From a bacterium (GTDB lineage: Bacteria > UBA8248): 64,000 bases of DNA. The stretch spans positions 4,128,001 to 4,192,000 of the forward strand of contig OZ244799.1 of NCBI GenBank assembly GCA_965219955.1. Reading direction: 5' to 3'. The notes under the pieces are model-generated. The model was not told the DNA's origin, searched no databases, and saw only the letters and a program-made list of their open reading frames with translations. This document shows positions 9,552 through 19,453 of the stretch, piece after piece. Both the position numbers and the translations under genes were made by a program. Numbering within the stretch: position 1 is the stretch's first letter; every line of letters begins with the position of its first letter.

Positions 9552-10229
9552 ATGAGTGCGGCGAGGCTGCGGCCGGAAGATTTCGAGGCGCTCTACGCGG
9601 GCTTCGCGAGTCCGCCGGCGCGGTTCGACTGCGGAAAGAAGTGCGCGCCCTTCAACGAGGGGGTTCCTTTCTGCTGCGATTCGGGCTGGGTGGTTCCCGT
9701 CGCCTGTCGCGAGGAATGGAAGTTTCTCGAATCGCGCACGCGGCTCTGGCACGAGTTCAGGCCGCGCACACTCCCCGAACTCGCGATGGTCGAGGAAGTC
9801 GACGCGGAGCAGAGCGTTTTCATCGAATGCCGCGGCGCCTTGCATTGCGAGCGGGAAAACCGCTCCGTCTCGTGCCGCACGTTTCCCTATGAACCCTATT
9901 TCGACGGCGACGAGAATCTCCTGGGACTGGTCTACAACCGGGTGCTGGAGGACAAATGCTACCTCGTGGATCGCCACCGCGTGGCGACGAAGAAGTATGT
10001 GGGTGAATTCCTGCGCTTTTTCGACCGGCTGTTCGAGCTGCTGCCCGCCGAGCGCGAACTCTACATCGCGCAAAGCAGGCGTTACCGCCGGACGATGAGC
10101 CGAAGAAAAAGGCCCCTCGTGGTCCTGACGCCGGACGGCCCCTACGAGGCCGCCTGCCGGGGCGGAAAGCTCCTCCGCCGGTGGAACAGGCCCGACCCTC
10201 CCGAGAGCGCGTACCGGCCCGGGGGGTGA
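9552..10229 (+). CDS. Cys-rich hypothetical protein (YkgJ/CxxxCC-like, possible Fe-S or Zn binding)
   Basis: DCGKKC..FCCD, ECRGALHC and SCRTFPY cysteine pattern; 9-bp gap after the GAF gene. Confidence 0.65.
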   Translation: MSAARLRPEDFEALYAGFASPPARFDCGKKCAPFNEGVPFCCDSGWVVPVACREEWKFLESRTRLWHEFRPRTLPELAMVEEVDAEQSVFIECRGALHCERENRSVSCRTFPYEPYFDGDENLLGLVYNRVLEDKCYLVDRHRVATKKYVGEFLRFFDRLFELLPAERELYIAQSRRYRRTMSRRKRPLVVLTPDGPYEAACRGGKLLRRWNRPDPPESAYRPGG

Positions 10230-10232
10230 TCA

Positions 10233-10475
10233 CCGTCATTCCGGCGAAGGCCGGAATCCATTTTCGCCTTTGCCTTTTCACCTCCTCGTTCGGACGTCTT
10301 TACGCCCGGGCGGGGAGGGTCGGAATCGAACACAAAAACGAAAGACGAATTCCTTGGATTCCGCATTCGAACGCCGCGCAACAACAAGGTCGTGGCCGCC
10401 CCGCCCGGTGAAAAGTCAAAATGGATTCCGGGCAATCCCTCCCTCCTCGGTCGGCATTGATTGCCGGAATGACGG
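10233..10475. mobile_element. MITE-like element with CGTC-type terminal hairpins (family A)
   Basis: CGTCATTCCGGCGAAGGCCGGAATCCATTTT ... AAAATGGATTCCGG..CCGGAATGACG; related copies at 26454, 37844 and 56540. Confidence 0.85.
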
Positions 10476-10667
10476 CGGCGGGGCCGGTCTCGATAACGGC
10501 GGGAGGGTTTGCGGTTTTCGTAGGGCTCGGACATATATGTCCGACTGTGTGTTCTCCCGTTTTACCGTGTTTTCGTCCGAGCGTTTGGGGCGATGGGGTG
10601 GACGCCTCCTTCCGGCGGATTAGAATGTGGCGAGACGACGTCACACACCGCCCGGAAGGAGACGACC

Positions 10668-11693
10668 ATGGGAGGAGTCTACATCATCGGGGTCGACTTG
10701 GCGAAACACAGTTTTCAACTCCACGGCGCGTGGGCGGACGGGCGGGTCGCGTTCCGCAAGAAGCTGACGCGGGCGAAGGTGCTGGAGTTTCTGTCGTCGC
10801 AGCCTCGATGCGTGGTGGCGATGGAGGCGTGCGCGAGCGCGCACTACTGGGGGCGCGAGGTCGGCAAGCTCGGCCATGAGGTTCGGCTCATGCCGCCGGT
10901 CTACGTGAAGCCCTACGTGAAGCGCCACAAGAACGACGCGGCGGATGCGGAGGCGATATGCGAGGCGGCCACCCGGGCGACGATGCGCTTCGTGGCGGTG
11001 AAGAGCGAAGCGCAGCAGGGGTGTGGGATGGAGTACCGCACGCGGGATTTGCTGGTGCATCAGCGCACGCAGGCGCGCAACGCGCTGCGCAGCCACCTGG
11101 CGGAGTTCGGGGTCGTCGAGCGGCAAGGGCCCGTGGGCCTCACACGGCTGGCGGCGGCGGTTCGGGGAGCGGAATCGGGCCTGCCCGAGGAGGTCCGGGA
11201 GCTGGGCGAAGTTCTGCTCGCCCAGATTGTCGGCCTCGATGCGAAGGTCCGGGAGTTGACCGGACGGCTCCGGGCGAGCGCATACGCGGACGAGGAGGCG
11301 CGGCGTCTGATGAGCATCCCGGGTGTTGGTCCGATTACGGCGTCGGCGATCCGGGCGTTCGCGCCGCCGGTGGAGAACTTCCGTCGGGGCCGTGACTTCT
11401 CGGCCTGGCTGGGTCTGGTTCCCCGGCAGCACTCCACGGGGGGCAAGCCCCGTCTGGGGGGCATGTCGAAGATGGGCCAGCGCGACGTGAGGCGTCTGTT
11501 GATATCGGGCGCGATGTCGGAGATACGCTGGGCGGGGCGTCGCCGGAAGCCGCCGTGTCCGTGGCTGGCGCGGATGCTGGCGCGCAAGCCGAGGAAGGTG
11601 GTGGCGGTGGCGCTGGCGAACCGGATGGCGCGCATCGCGTGGGCGCTGATGCGGAACAAGGATGTCTACAGGGAGCCGGCGCCCCTCGCCTGA
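10668..11693 (+). CDS. IS110 family transposase (DEDD recombinase)
   Basis: GVDLAK, AMEAC and KNDAAD (DEDD), SIPGVG, and WLGLVPRQHSTGG with the conserved Ser; GGAG RBS. Confidence 0.96.
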   Translation: MGGVYIIGVDLAKHSFQLHGAWADGRVAFRKKLTRAKVLEFLSSQPRCVVAMEACASAHYWGREVGKLGHEVRLMPPVYVKPYVKRHKNDAADAEAICEAATRATMRFVAVKSEAQQGCGMEYRTRDLLVHQRTQARNALRSHLAEFGVVERQGPVGLTRLAAAVRGAESGLPEEVRELGEVLLAQIVGLDAKVRELTGRLRASAYADEEARRLMSIPGVGPITASAIRAFAPPVENFRRGRDFSAWLGLVPRQHSTGGKPRLGGMSKMGQRDVRRLLISGAMSEIRWAGRRRKPPCPWLARMLARKPRKVVAVALANRMARIAWALMRNKDVYREPAPLA

Positions 11694-11960
11694 GCGGCGG
11701 GCGCACGGATAGAGCCGGGAGGAATGTGAGCAGGCCGGAGGAAGGGTAAGGGCAAACGGTCATCGAGACGGGACCGGGAAAACCAGATGCGTGTCCAGAG
11801 CCACCGAGCTCACCAGGTCGATTTGGACCCGGTCCACCTATCTCCATACGGGCCCGCGGCCAGAGTAAAGCGCCGCAACGAAGAGGCCGGATATACGACT
11901 GAGCCGAACCGCTTTGCGCCGAACCCTCCCCAAAAACCGCTTGCATTCTCGTGGGCGTCC
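11694..11960 (+). ncRNA. Putative bridge RNA/seekRNA of the IS1111-type element (boundaries approximate)
   Basis: Non-coding region 3' of the transposase; GGACCGGG..CCCGGTCC stem encloses TGCGTGTCC (11788-11796), the reverse complement of the target flank; ATATACGA matches the circle junction. Confidence 0.7.
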
Positions 11961-12037
11961 ATATACGACTGAGCCGAACCGCTTTGCGCCGAACCCTCCC
12001 CAAAAACCGCTTGCATTCTCGTGGGCGTCCATATACG
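11891..12037 (+). repeat. Perfect 70-bp tandem duplication of the IS right end (2 copies + 7 bp)
   Basis: 11891-11960 is identical to 11961-12030, followed by ATATACG. Confidence 0.97.
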
Positions 12038-12180
12038 GACACGCAGGTCCGCCCCTACACATCGAACCCGATGGAGCAGGACTTTTTCAACAACCCCGCA
12101 TTGGTCGGCGTGCCCCCCGTAGGGACAGGCCTCCGTGCCTGTCCTGACGAAGGACAACCACGGAGGGTTGTCCCTGCAAA
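12038..12180. repeat. GTAG-type REP units flanking the IS
   Basis: GACACGCAGGTCCGCCCCTAC half-hairpin, TTTTTCAACAACCCC, GTAGGGACAGGCCTCCGTGCCTGTCC..GGTTGTCCCTGC. Confidence 0.8.
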
Positions 12181-12223
12181 AAACGCAACATCTATTTTAT
12201 CGGTCGCGATTGCCGCCGCCGGC

Positions 12224-13432
12224 TCAGCCCGTCATCTCCTCGGCCATGTCGGCGATGGCGCGGCCTATCATCAGCGAGGCCGTCGCGCCCGGCGAGGGGG
12301 CGTTGCACACGTGGACGGCGCCCTCGGTCCGGATGATGGAAAAATCATCCAGCAGGCCGCCTTCGCGGTCCACCGCCTGCGCGCGGACGCCCGCGCCCGC
12401 GGGAGCGAGGTCCGATTCGCGGATCTCGGGCATGAGCTTTTGCAGCGCGCGCGTGAAGGCGGACTTGCTGACCGAGCGGACCATCTCACCGAGTCCCGTC
12501 TTCCAGTATTTGAGCGCCAGCCTCAGGAAGCCGGGATACGTCAGGGTTTCGAGCAGATCGTAGGGGTCGACCCGCGTTTTCGTATACCCCTCTCTCATGT
12601 AGGCCAAAACGGCGTTCGGCCCCGCCTCGACGCTCCCGTCCACGCGGCGGGTGAAGTGGACCCCCAGGAAAGGAAACGCCGGGTCGGGGACCGGGTAGAT
12701 CAGGCTCTTCACGAGCGAGCGGCTCCCGGGCGTGAGTTCGTAATACTCGCCCCGGAAGGGCACGATCTTCATCGGCGGCGCCCCGCCTGCGAGTTTGGCG
12801 ATCCTGTCGGCGTAAAGCCCCGCGCAGTTGACGATGAGCTTTCCCCCGAAATCCCCCGCCGTCGTTTCGACGCGCCTTTCTCTTCCCGAGACGGCGATGC
12901 CGGTGACTTCGGCGGACGTCCGGATGCTCTGCCCCGCCCCGGTGACGATGCGGGCGTAGGCGCGCACGACGGCGCCGTAGTCGATGATGCCCGTGGAGGG
13001 CACCCGCAGGGCCTTGACGCCCCGGGCGTGGGGTTCGAACTCGCGGAGTTCCTCCGGCCCCAGAACCGCGATGTTCTCGATGCCGTTCGCCTCGCCACGG
13101 CGGCGTAATTCCTCGAGCCGGGGGATTTCCGCCTCCTCCGTGGCGACGACCACCTTGCCGCAGATTTCGTGGGCTATCCCGTGTTCCCGTGCGAAGCGCA
13201 CCATGGCGGCCGCGCCCTCCACGCAGGTCCTGGCCTTGAGCGAGCCGGGGCGGTAGTAGAGTCCCGCATGGATCACGCCGCTGTTGTGGAGCGATTGGTG
13301 GCGGCCGACGCCGGTTTCTTTCTCGAGGACGAGGACGCGTTTTTCGGGTCGGCGGCGGGTGATCTCCATGGCGGTGGAAAGGCCGAGAATGCCGCCTCCG
13401 ATGACGATGACGTCCCACGTTGTCTGATTCAT
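12224..13432 (-). CDS. lhgO: L-2-hydroxyglutarate oxidase-like FAD oxidoreductase
   Basis: GGGILG, HQSLHNSGVIHAGLYY, PFRGEYY, PFLGVHFTR, AGVRAQA and NAPSPGATAS motifs. Confidence 0.88.
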   Translation of the reverse strand: MNQTTWDVIVIGGGILGLSTAMEITRRRPEKRVLVLEKETGVGRHQSLHNSGVIHAGLYYRPGSLKARTCVEGAAAMVRFAREHGIAHEICGKVVVATEEAEIPRLEELRRRGEANGIENIAVLGPEELREFEPHARGVKALRVPSTGIIDYGAVVRAYARIVTGAGQSIRTSAEVTGIAVSGRERRVETTAGDFGGKLIVNCAGLYADRIAKLAGGAPPMKIVPFRGEYYELTPGSRSLVKSLIYPVPDPAFPFLGVHFTRRVDGSVEAGPNAVLAYMREGYTKTRVDPYDLLETLTYPGFLRLALKYWKTGLGEMVRSVSKSAFTRALQKLMPEIRESDLAPAGAGVRAQAVDREGGLLDDFSIIRTEGAVHVCNAPSPGATASLMIGRAIADMAEEMTG

Positions 13433-13536
13433 CCCCCAACCTCGAAAATAACAGCAATAAGAAAAAACGAAAGATTTTTCAGGCGATGAGAATACCCCAA
13501 AGAGCTGAAAATAACCCGCTGGAATTTAGTTTCCTG

Positions 13537-13565
13537 TTGACATCGGGTTTTTCGCTCATTATCCT
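13537..13565 (+). promoter_or_regulatory. Sigma70-like promoter upstream of the TAXI-TRAP operon
   Basis: TTGACA-17 bp-TATCCT in an AT-rich divergent spacer. Confidence 0.55.
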
Positions 13566-13742
13566 TGAATCGGGCAATCATACCGAGAACAAAGAATCGG
13601 CAAGAGCCGGTTTTTAGAGGTTTTCCCTGGAATTCGTCATCCACGAGGAGGATGTATGGATGTCGATTATAAAGAGGAAACGCTCATAAGGAATGCTCGG
13701 CAAGTCTATTTTTCCCCTCACTTCACTCAAGGAGAATATGCG

Positions 13743-14708
13743 ATGAAAAGGACAATGAAATTCATACTCGCTTCCGTCGTGGCGATTTCACTGGCGGGAG
13801 CGGCGGTCCCTGCGAGCGCCGCGAAATTTCTCGTGGTCGGCGGCGGCTCCACCACGGGCGTGTACTACCAGGTCGCTCTCAACGTCTGCAAGCTGGTGAA
13901 CAAGACGTTGAAAAGCAAGGGTTATAACTGCATCGGCCGTCCCGCGCTGGGTTCGGTGTTCAACATCAACGCCATCAAGCGCGGCCTCCTGAACTTCGGC
14001 GTCGCCCAGTCCGACAGGAACTTTCAGGCGTACAACGGCACGGCCGACTGGAAGGGCAAAGCCTTCAAGGGTCTCAGGAGCGTCTTCAGCGTTCATCCCG
14101 AAACCGTCATGCTCGTCGCTCGCGCGGATTCGGGCATCATGAAGGTATCGGACATCAAGGGGCGCCGGGTGAACATCGGCAACCCCGGCTCCGGCCAGCG
14201 CGGTAACGCGACGGACATCCTGAAAATCTACGGCATCGGCATGAAGGACATCAAGGCCGAGGGCCTGCAGCAGGGCGGGGCGAGCCGCGCGCTGGTGGAC
14301 AAGAAGATCGACGCGTTCTTCTACACCGTCGGCAACCCCTGGGGCGGCGGTCTCGAGATCTCCAACAGCACAGCGATCCGCATGATCCCCATCAACGCCA
14401 AGGGCATCATGGATCTGGTGTCCGGCAAGCCCTACTACGTGATGACGAACATCCCGGGCGGCATTTACAAGGGCGTCAATAAGGACGTGCCGACCTACGC
14501 GGTGAAGGCCACTTTCGTGACCGGCGCGAATCAGCCCAACGACGTGGTCTACAACGTCGTGAAGACCATCTTCGATAATCTCGACCAGTTCCGCGCCACG
14601 CACGCGGCGTTCAAGTACCTGACGAAGAAAGACATGCTCGGTGGTCTCTCGGCTCCCTTCCATCCGGGCGCCACGCGTTACTACAAGGAAAAAGGCTTGA
14701 TGAAGTAG
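13743..14708 (+). CDS. TAXI family TRAP transporter solute-binding protein
   Basis: Signal peptide; GSTTGVYY, GSVFNI, VAQSD, GNPGSGQ and PFHPGA motifs; AAGGAG RBS. Confidence 0.93.
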   Translation: MKRTMKFILASVVAISLAGAAVPASAAKFLVVGGGSTTGVYYQVALNVCKLVNKTLKSKGYNCIGRPALGSVFNINAIKRGLLNFGVAQSDRNFQAYNGTADWKGKAFKGLRSVFSVHPETVMLVARADSGIMKVSDIKGRRVNIGNPGSGQRGNATDILKIYGIGMKDIKAEGLQQGGASRALVDKKIDAFFYTVGNPWGGGLEISNSTAIRMIPINAKGIMDLVSGKPYYVMTNIPGGIYKGVNKDVPTYAVKATFVTGANQPNDVVYNVVKTIFDNLDQFRATHAAFKYLTKKDMLGGLSAPFHPGATRYYKEKGLMK

Positions 14709-14824
14709 TGTAATTCCGGACGAACGTCTACCACATGGGCCGGGGGCCGCACGCCCCCGGCTTCGTGTGGTGATTCGAGTTTCATTCTTTCATGAAGTGG
14801 GGTAAACGTTTGAGGGGCGAATAA

Positions 14825-17074
14825 ATGAGCGAGCCGGGTGATTCCGCTGACGTTTTGGGCGCAGGGATCGACGAAGAATCGAAGCGGGCGGCGGAGGAAA
14901 TCGCCGCCGAAGCGGAATCCGGCGGGCGGCAGCCCAAGAACCTCACGGCCTGGCTGGTCTCCGTCCTCGCGATCTCCTGGTCCTGTTTCCAGCTCTACAT
15001 CGCCTACACCCCCCTGAACTCCATCATCGCCAGAAGCATCCACCTCACCTTCGCCATCACGATGGTCTACCTGGCCTTCCCGGGGACGAAAAAGCCCGGC
15101 GAGACCTGGATTCAGCGCATGTCGCTCCAGCTTTTCCCCTACTTCATGCGGTCCCAGCGCTCCACGCGGGAGGTCATCCCCTGGTACGACTATGCGCTCG
15201 CGATCATAGCGGGGCTGGGCGCGTTCTACATGGCCTGGGACTACGCGAACATCATCCAGCGCTCGGGCCTCCCCATCCAGCGCGACGTCATCGTGGGGGC
15301 GATCCTCGTCGTTCTTCTTCTGGAAGCCGCGCGGCGCGCGCTCGGACCCGCGCTGCCGATCCTCGCCATCCTGTTCCTGCTCTATTGCTTCGTGGGTCCC
15401 TACATGCCCTCGTTCATCGCGCATCCGGGCGTTCCGCTCGAATTCGTCGTGGACCACATGTATCTGAGCGACAGCGGCATCTGGGGCGTGCCCATCGGGG
15501 TGTCGACGAGCTTCGTGTTCCTCTTCGTGCTGTTCGGCTCGCTGCTCGACAAGGCGGGCGCGGCGAACTACTTCGTGCAGGTGGCCTTCGCGGCGCTGGG
15601 CCGCTTCCGGGGCGGACCCGCCAAGGCGGCCGTGGTCGCCTCGGGTATGACGGGTCTCGTCTCGGGCTCATCCATCGCGAACGTGGCGACGACGGGAACC
15701 TTCACGATCCCGCTGATGAAAAAAGTGGGCCTGCCCGCCTACAAGGCGGGCGCCGTGGAAGTGGGCGCGAGCACGAACGGACAGCTCATGCCGCCGGTCA
15801 TGGGCGCCGCCGCGTTCATCATGGCGGAATTCCTGGGATTGGCGTATCTCGACGTGGTGCGCGCCGCCATACTGCCGGCCCTGCTGTCTTATATCGCCCT
15901 GTTCTACGTCGTTCATTTGGAAGCGCTCAAGCTGGACTTAAGACCGCTGAGGGAGGATGAACTGCCCTCGTTCTGGCACACGCTCATCAGCGGCATCCAC
16001 TACGTCGTTCCCATCCTGGCGCTCATCTACACGCTCGTCATCCTGCGCATGTCGGCCGTGGCGTCGGCGTTCAACGCGATCCTGCTGACGATGGCGATCA
16101 TCGTCGTCCAGCGTCCCATGCAGAACACCATCGCCGTCCTGGGCGGCATGAAGCGCGAGAAGGGCGTCGCCCATCTGCGGGAGTTGTTCGGCGAGGCGCA
16201 TTTCAAGGAACTCGAAGAGCGCCTGTGGGACGGGGTGCTCGCCGGTTTCGGCCAGAGCTTCGGCGACGTCTGGCAGGGGTTGATGGCCGGGGCCAAGAAC
16301 ATGATGGGCATCGGCGTCGCGACCGCGGCGGCGGGCATCATCGTGGGCACCGTCACGCTTACCGGCTTGAGCGGACGCTTCATCGAGCTTATCGAGATCG
16401 TCTCCCTGGGCAACGTGGTGCTCATGCTCCTGCTCACCGCGATCTGCTCCCTCATCCTGGGGATGGGGCTTCCCACGACGGCGAACTACATCGTCATGGC
16501 GACGCTCACCGCGCCCGTCATCGTGAGCCTGGGCGGCAAGGCGGGCCTCGTGGTGCCGCTGCTCGCGGCCCATCTGTTCGTCTTTTATTTCGGCATCCTG
16601 GCCGACGACACGCCGCCCGTGGGTCTGGCCGCGTTCGCCGCCTCGGCGATAGCCAAGTCCGACCCCATCCAGACGGGCGTGCAGGGCTTCGTCTACGACC
16701 TGCGGACCGCCGTGCTGCCGTTCGTCTTCATCTACAACCTGGAGCTCCTGATGATGCAGGGCGTCGGTCCCAAGGGCGAGATCATCTGGATCAACGATAT
16801 TCTCAAAATCGCCTGGGTGTGTTTCGTCTCTCTGGCGGCGATTTTCGCCTTCGCCTCCGCGCTTCAGGGCTATTTCGCCGATAACTGCAACTGGGGCGAG
16901 CGGGCGATCCTGATGGTGGTGTGCGTCTCGGCGTTCAGGCCCTCGCTCATAACGGATTTCACCGGCGGCCCGCGGCCCGTGGTGCAGCTCGTCGCGGTGG
17001 CGATTTTCGCCGCCTTGTACTGGTATCAGCACAGCAGGCGAAAAGGGCAAACGCCTCAGCCGGCGCCCGCCTGA
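14825..17074 (+). CDS. TRAP transporter 4TM/12TM fused permease
   Basis: [34 protein letters not shown] and [10 protein letters not shown] motifs. Confidence 0.94.
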   Translation: MSEPGDSADVLGAGIDEESKRAAEEIAAEAESGGRQPKNLTAWLVSVLAISWSCFQLYIAYTPLNSIIARSIHLTFAITMVYLAFPGTKKPGETWIQRMSLQLFPYFMRSQRSTREVIPWYDYALAIIAGLGAFYMAWDYANIIQRSGLPIQRDVIVGAILVVLLLEAARRALGPALPILAILFLLYCFVGPYMPSFIAHPGVPLEFVVDHMYLSDSGIWGVPIGVSTSFVFLFVLFGSLLDKAGAANYFVQVAFAALGRFRGGPAKAAVVASGMTGLVSGSSIANVATTGTFTIPLMKKVGLPAYKAGAVEVGASTNGQLMPPVMGAAAFIMAEFLGLAYLDVVRAAILPALLSYIALFYVVHLEALKLDLRPLREDELPSFWHTLISGIHYVVPILALIYTLVILRMSAVASAFNAILLTMAIIVVQRPMQNTIAVLGGMKREKGVAHLRELFGEAHFKELEERLWDGVLAGFGQSFGDVWQGLMAGAKNMMGIGVATAAAGIIVGTVTLTGLSGRFIELIEIVSLGNVVLMLLLTAICSLILGMGLPTTANYIVMATLTAPVIVSLGGKAGLVVPLLAAHLFVFYFGILADDTPPVGLAAFAASAIAKSDPIQTGVQGFVYDLRTAVLPFVFIYNLELLMMQGVGPKGEIIWINDILKIAWVCFVSLAAIFAFASALQGYFADNCNWGERAILMVVCVSAFRPSLITDFTGGPRPVVQLVAVAIFAALYWYQHSRRKGQTPQPAPA

Positions 17075-17161
17075 CCCGCGCGGGCCGCTCGGCCCGGCTT
17101 TACTTCTGTTTCTCCCCCAGGTTCCGGTGCGCGAATGGGTTGTGATAGGCTTGCGGCCCAT

Positions 17162-17238
<77 letters not shown>

Positions 17239-17409
17239 GGAAAAAATATCATCGCCATACTCCTTTCGCGTCGGAGGAGAATCGCGTCCCCGGAACCGTG
17301 AAATTCACCCCCTCCGGCACTGCGCAAACGCGCTCGATTCTGCTACCTTATGGGCGGATGAATCTCCCTTGTTCTTGAGTCGCTGCATTTTCTTCACAGG
17401 AGCGCGTTC

Positions 17410-18597
17410 GTGCAGAATCACTCTCTACCCCTGTCCCGTTTCAAGGTCCTGGATCTCACCCGCGCGCGGGCCGGCCCCACGGCGGTTCGCCAGTTCGCGG
17501 ACTGGGGGGCGGACGTCATCAAGATAGAGGCGCCGCCCACGAGCGGCTTTTCGGACAACATGGCCCAGCCCCGGAGCGGGTATGAGGCGCAGAACCTGCA
17601 CCGCAACAAGAGGGGCATGACCCTCAACCTGCGCGAGGAAAAGGGCCGCGAGATATTCTTCCGCATGGTGAAAGACGCCGACGTGGTGATCGAGAACTAC
17701 CGGCCCGACGTGAAGCACCGCCTGGGCGTGGATTACGAGGCCTGTCGCGCCGTGAACCCGCGCATCGTCTACGGGAGCATCTCCGGCTTCGGGCAGGAGG
17801 GACCCTACAGCAAGCGACCGGGGCTGGACATGACGGCCCAGGGGCTGAGCGGCCTCATGTCCGTCACCGGCAAGCCTGGCGAGGGGCCCATGCGTGTGGG
17901 CATTCCGCTCGCCGATCTGTCTGCCGGCTTCATGCTCGCGCAGGGGATTATGATCGCCCTGCTCGAGCGCGAAGTCTCGGGTGAGGGGCAATGGGTGCAC
18001 ACCTCGCTTCTCGAAGCCCAGATTCAGATGATGGACTTCCAGGCCGCGAGATACCTGCTTTTCGAGGACGTGCCCACCCAGCAGGGGAACAACCACCCCA
18101 CCTTTTTGCCGGCGGGCGTTTTCGAGACCGCGGACGGGCGGATCATCATCCAGTCCGGTCCCCAGCATCTCTGGGAGCGCCTCGTGAACGCGCTGGAATT
18201 GCCCGAGCTGCTCGAGAATCCCGATTACGGGAGCGTGCCGAAGCGCTTCGAGAACAAAGAGGCCCTGCACGAGACCATCACCCGCCGCACGCGGGCGAAG
18301 CCGGGTGCGGAGTGGATCGAGATACTGAACGAGGCGGGAATCCCCTGCGGGCCCATCTACACGGTGGACAAGACGTTCGCCGATCCCCAGGTGAAGGGGC
18401 TGAACATGTCGCCCGAGGTCGAGCACCCCGAGATGGGGCCGATAAAGATCGTGGGCCAGGCGGTCAAGCTCGCCCGCACGCCGCAGAAGATGCGCAACTC
18501 GACGCCCGAGGTGGGCGAGCATACGGAAGAGATTTTGAAGAATTTGGGCTACGATGCGGACGCGATAAGTCGATTGCGCGATGCGGGCATCGTCTAG
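17410..18597 (+). CDS. CaiB/BaiF family III CoA-transferase
   Basis: VLDLTRARAGP, GADVIKIE, HRNKR, ADVVIENYRP and SISGFGQEGPY motifs. Confidence 0.94.
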   Translation: MQNHSLPLSRFKVLDLTRARAGPTAVRQFADWGADVIKIEAPPTSGFSDNMAQPRSGYEAQNLHRNKRGMTLNLREEKGREIFFRMVKDADVVIENYRPDVKHRLGVDYEACRAVNPRIVYGSISGFGQEGPYSKRPGLDMTAQGLSGLMSVTGKPGEGPMRVGIPLADLSAGFMLAQGIMIALLEREVSGEGQWVHTSLLEAQIQMMDFQAARYLLFEDVPTQQGNNHPTFLPAGVFETADGRIIIQSGPQHLWERLVNALELPELLENPDYGSVPKRFENKEALHETITRRTRAKPGAEWIEILNEAGIPCGPIYTVDKTFADPQVKGLNMSPEVEHPEMGPIKIVGQAVKLARTPQKMRNSTPEVGEHTEEILKNLGYDADAISRLRDAGIV

Positions 18598-18627
18598 GAA
18601 CTATCCTGCCCCGTTGGGGCGCAGCGT

Positions 18628-19434
18628 ATGGAGCATGGAATGCAGTTATCGACGGAGAAGATGGCTTTCGAGGTGGACGGCGGCATCGGCTGGATGATCT
18701 TCAACAACCCCGAGCGGAGGAACGCGCTCTCGCTCGAGATGTGGGGAGCCATCGCCGAGATACTCGAGAATTACGAGGCGGACGACGCGGTCCGCGTCGT
18801 GGTGATGAAGGGCGCAGGGGACAGGGCGTTCGTATCGGGCGCGGACATCTCGCAGTTCGCGAAGAACAGGAGCAACGCCGAGCAGGCCGCCGAGTACACC
18901 CGGATATCCGAAGAAGCCAAGCAGATCATGATGGGCATGAAAAAGCCCCTCATCGCCATGATCCGGGGCTACTGCCTGGGCGGCGGGCTGGGGATCGCGC
19001 TGAACGCCGACATCCGGATCGCGGCGGACGATTCGCAGTTCGGCATCCCCGCCGGGCGGCTGGGCATCGCCTACGGCTTCGACAACCTGAAGCAGCTCGT
19101 CGACCTCGTGGGACCCGCGAAGGCGAAGGAGATCCTCTTCACGGCCAGGCGCATCCCGGCGGCGAAAGCGCTCGAAATCGGACTGGTGAACGAAGTGGTG
19201 CCCGTGGATGAACTCGAAGACTTCGTGGTGGGCATGGCCTCCACCATCGCGAACAACGCACCGCTGTCGATCAAGGCGTCCAAGCTCACCATCGGCGAGG
19301 TGGTGAAAGACGGCGCCGATCGCGATTTCGACATGATCGCCCGCCTCTCGAAAGAATGCTTCGACAGCGCCGATTACAAAGAGGGCCGCACCGCGTTCAT
19401 GGAGAAGAGAAAACCCGTATTCACGGGCAGGTAG
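18628..19434 (+). CDS. Enoyl-CoA hydratase/isomerase (crotonase) family protein
   Basis: NNPERRNAL, AFVSGADISQF, GYCLGGG and DYKEGRTAFMEKRKPVF motifs. Confidence 0.93.
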   Translation: MEHGMQLSTEKMAFEVDGGIGWMIFNNPERRNALSLEMWGAIAEILENYEADDAVRVVVMKGAGDRAFVSGADISQFAKNRSNAEQAAEYTRISEEAKQIMMGMKKPLIAMIRGYCLGGGLGIALNADIRIAADDSQFGIPAGRLGIAYGFDNLKQLVDLVGPAKAKEILFTARRIPAAKALEIGLVNEVVPVDELEDFVVGMASTIANNAPLSIKASKLTIGEVVKDGADRDFDMIARLSKECFDSADYKEGRTAFMEKRKPVFTGR

Positions 19435-19453
19435 CGCGGGCCGCGAGAATCCG

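Larger units (their letters stand above)
10593..12037 (+). mobile_element. IS110-family insertion sequence, IS1111 type
   Basis: Sub-terminal IRs TGGACGCC / GGCGTCCA, CG core at both junctions, transposase followed by a long 3' non-coding region; removing it restores the hairpin GGGGCGGACACGCAGGTCCGCCCC. Confidence 0.9.

Noticed and set aside
11891-12037. Tandem repeat as a mini CRISPR array
   Set aside because: Two fully identical 70-bp units with no unique spacers and no cas genes; explained as an IS end duplication.
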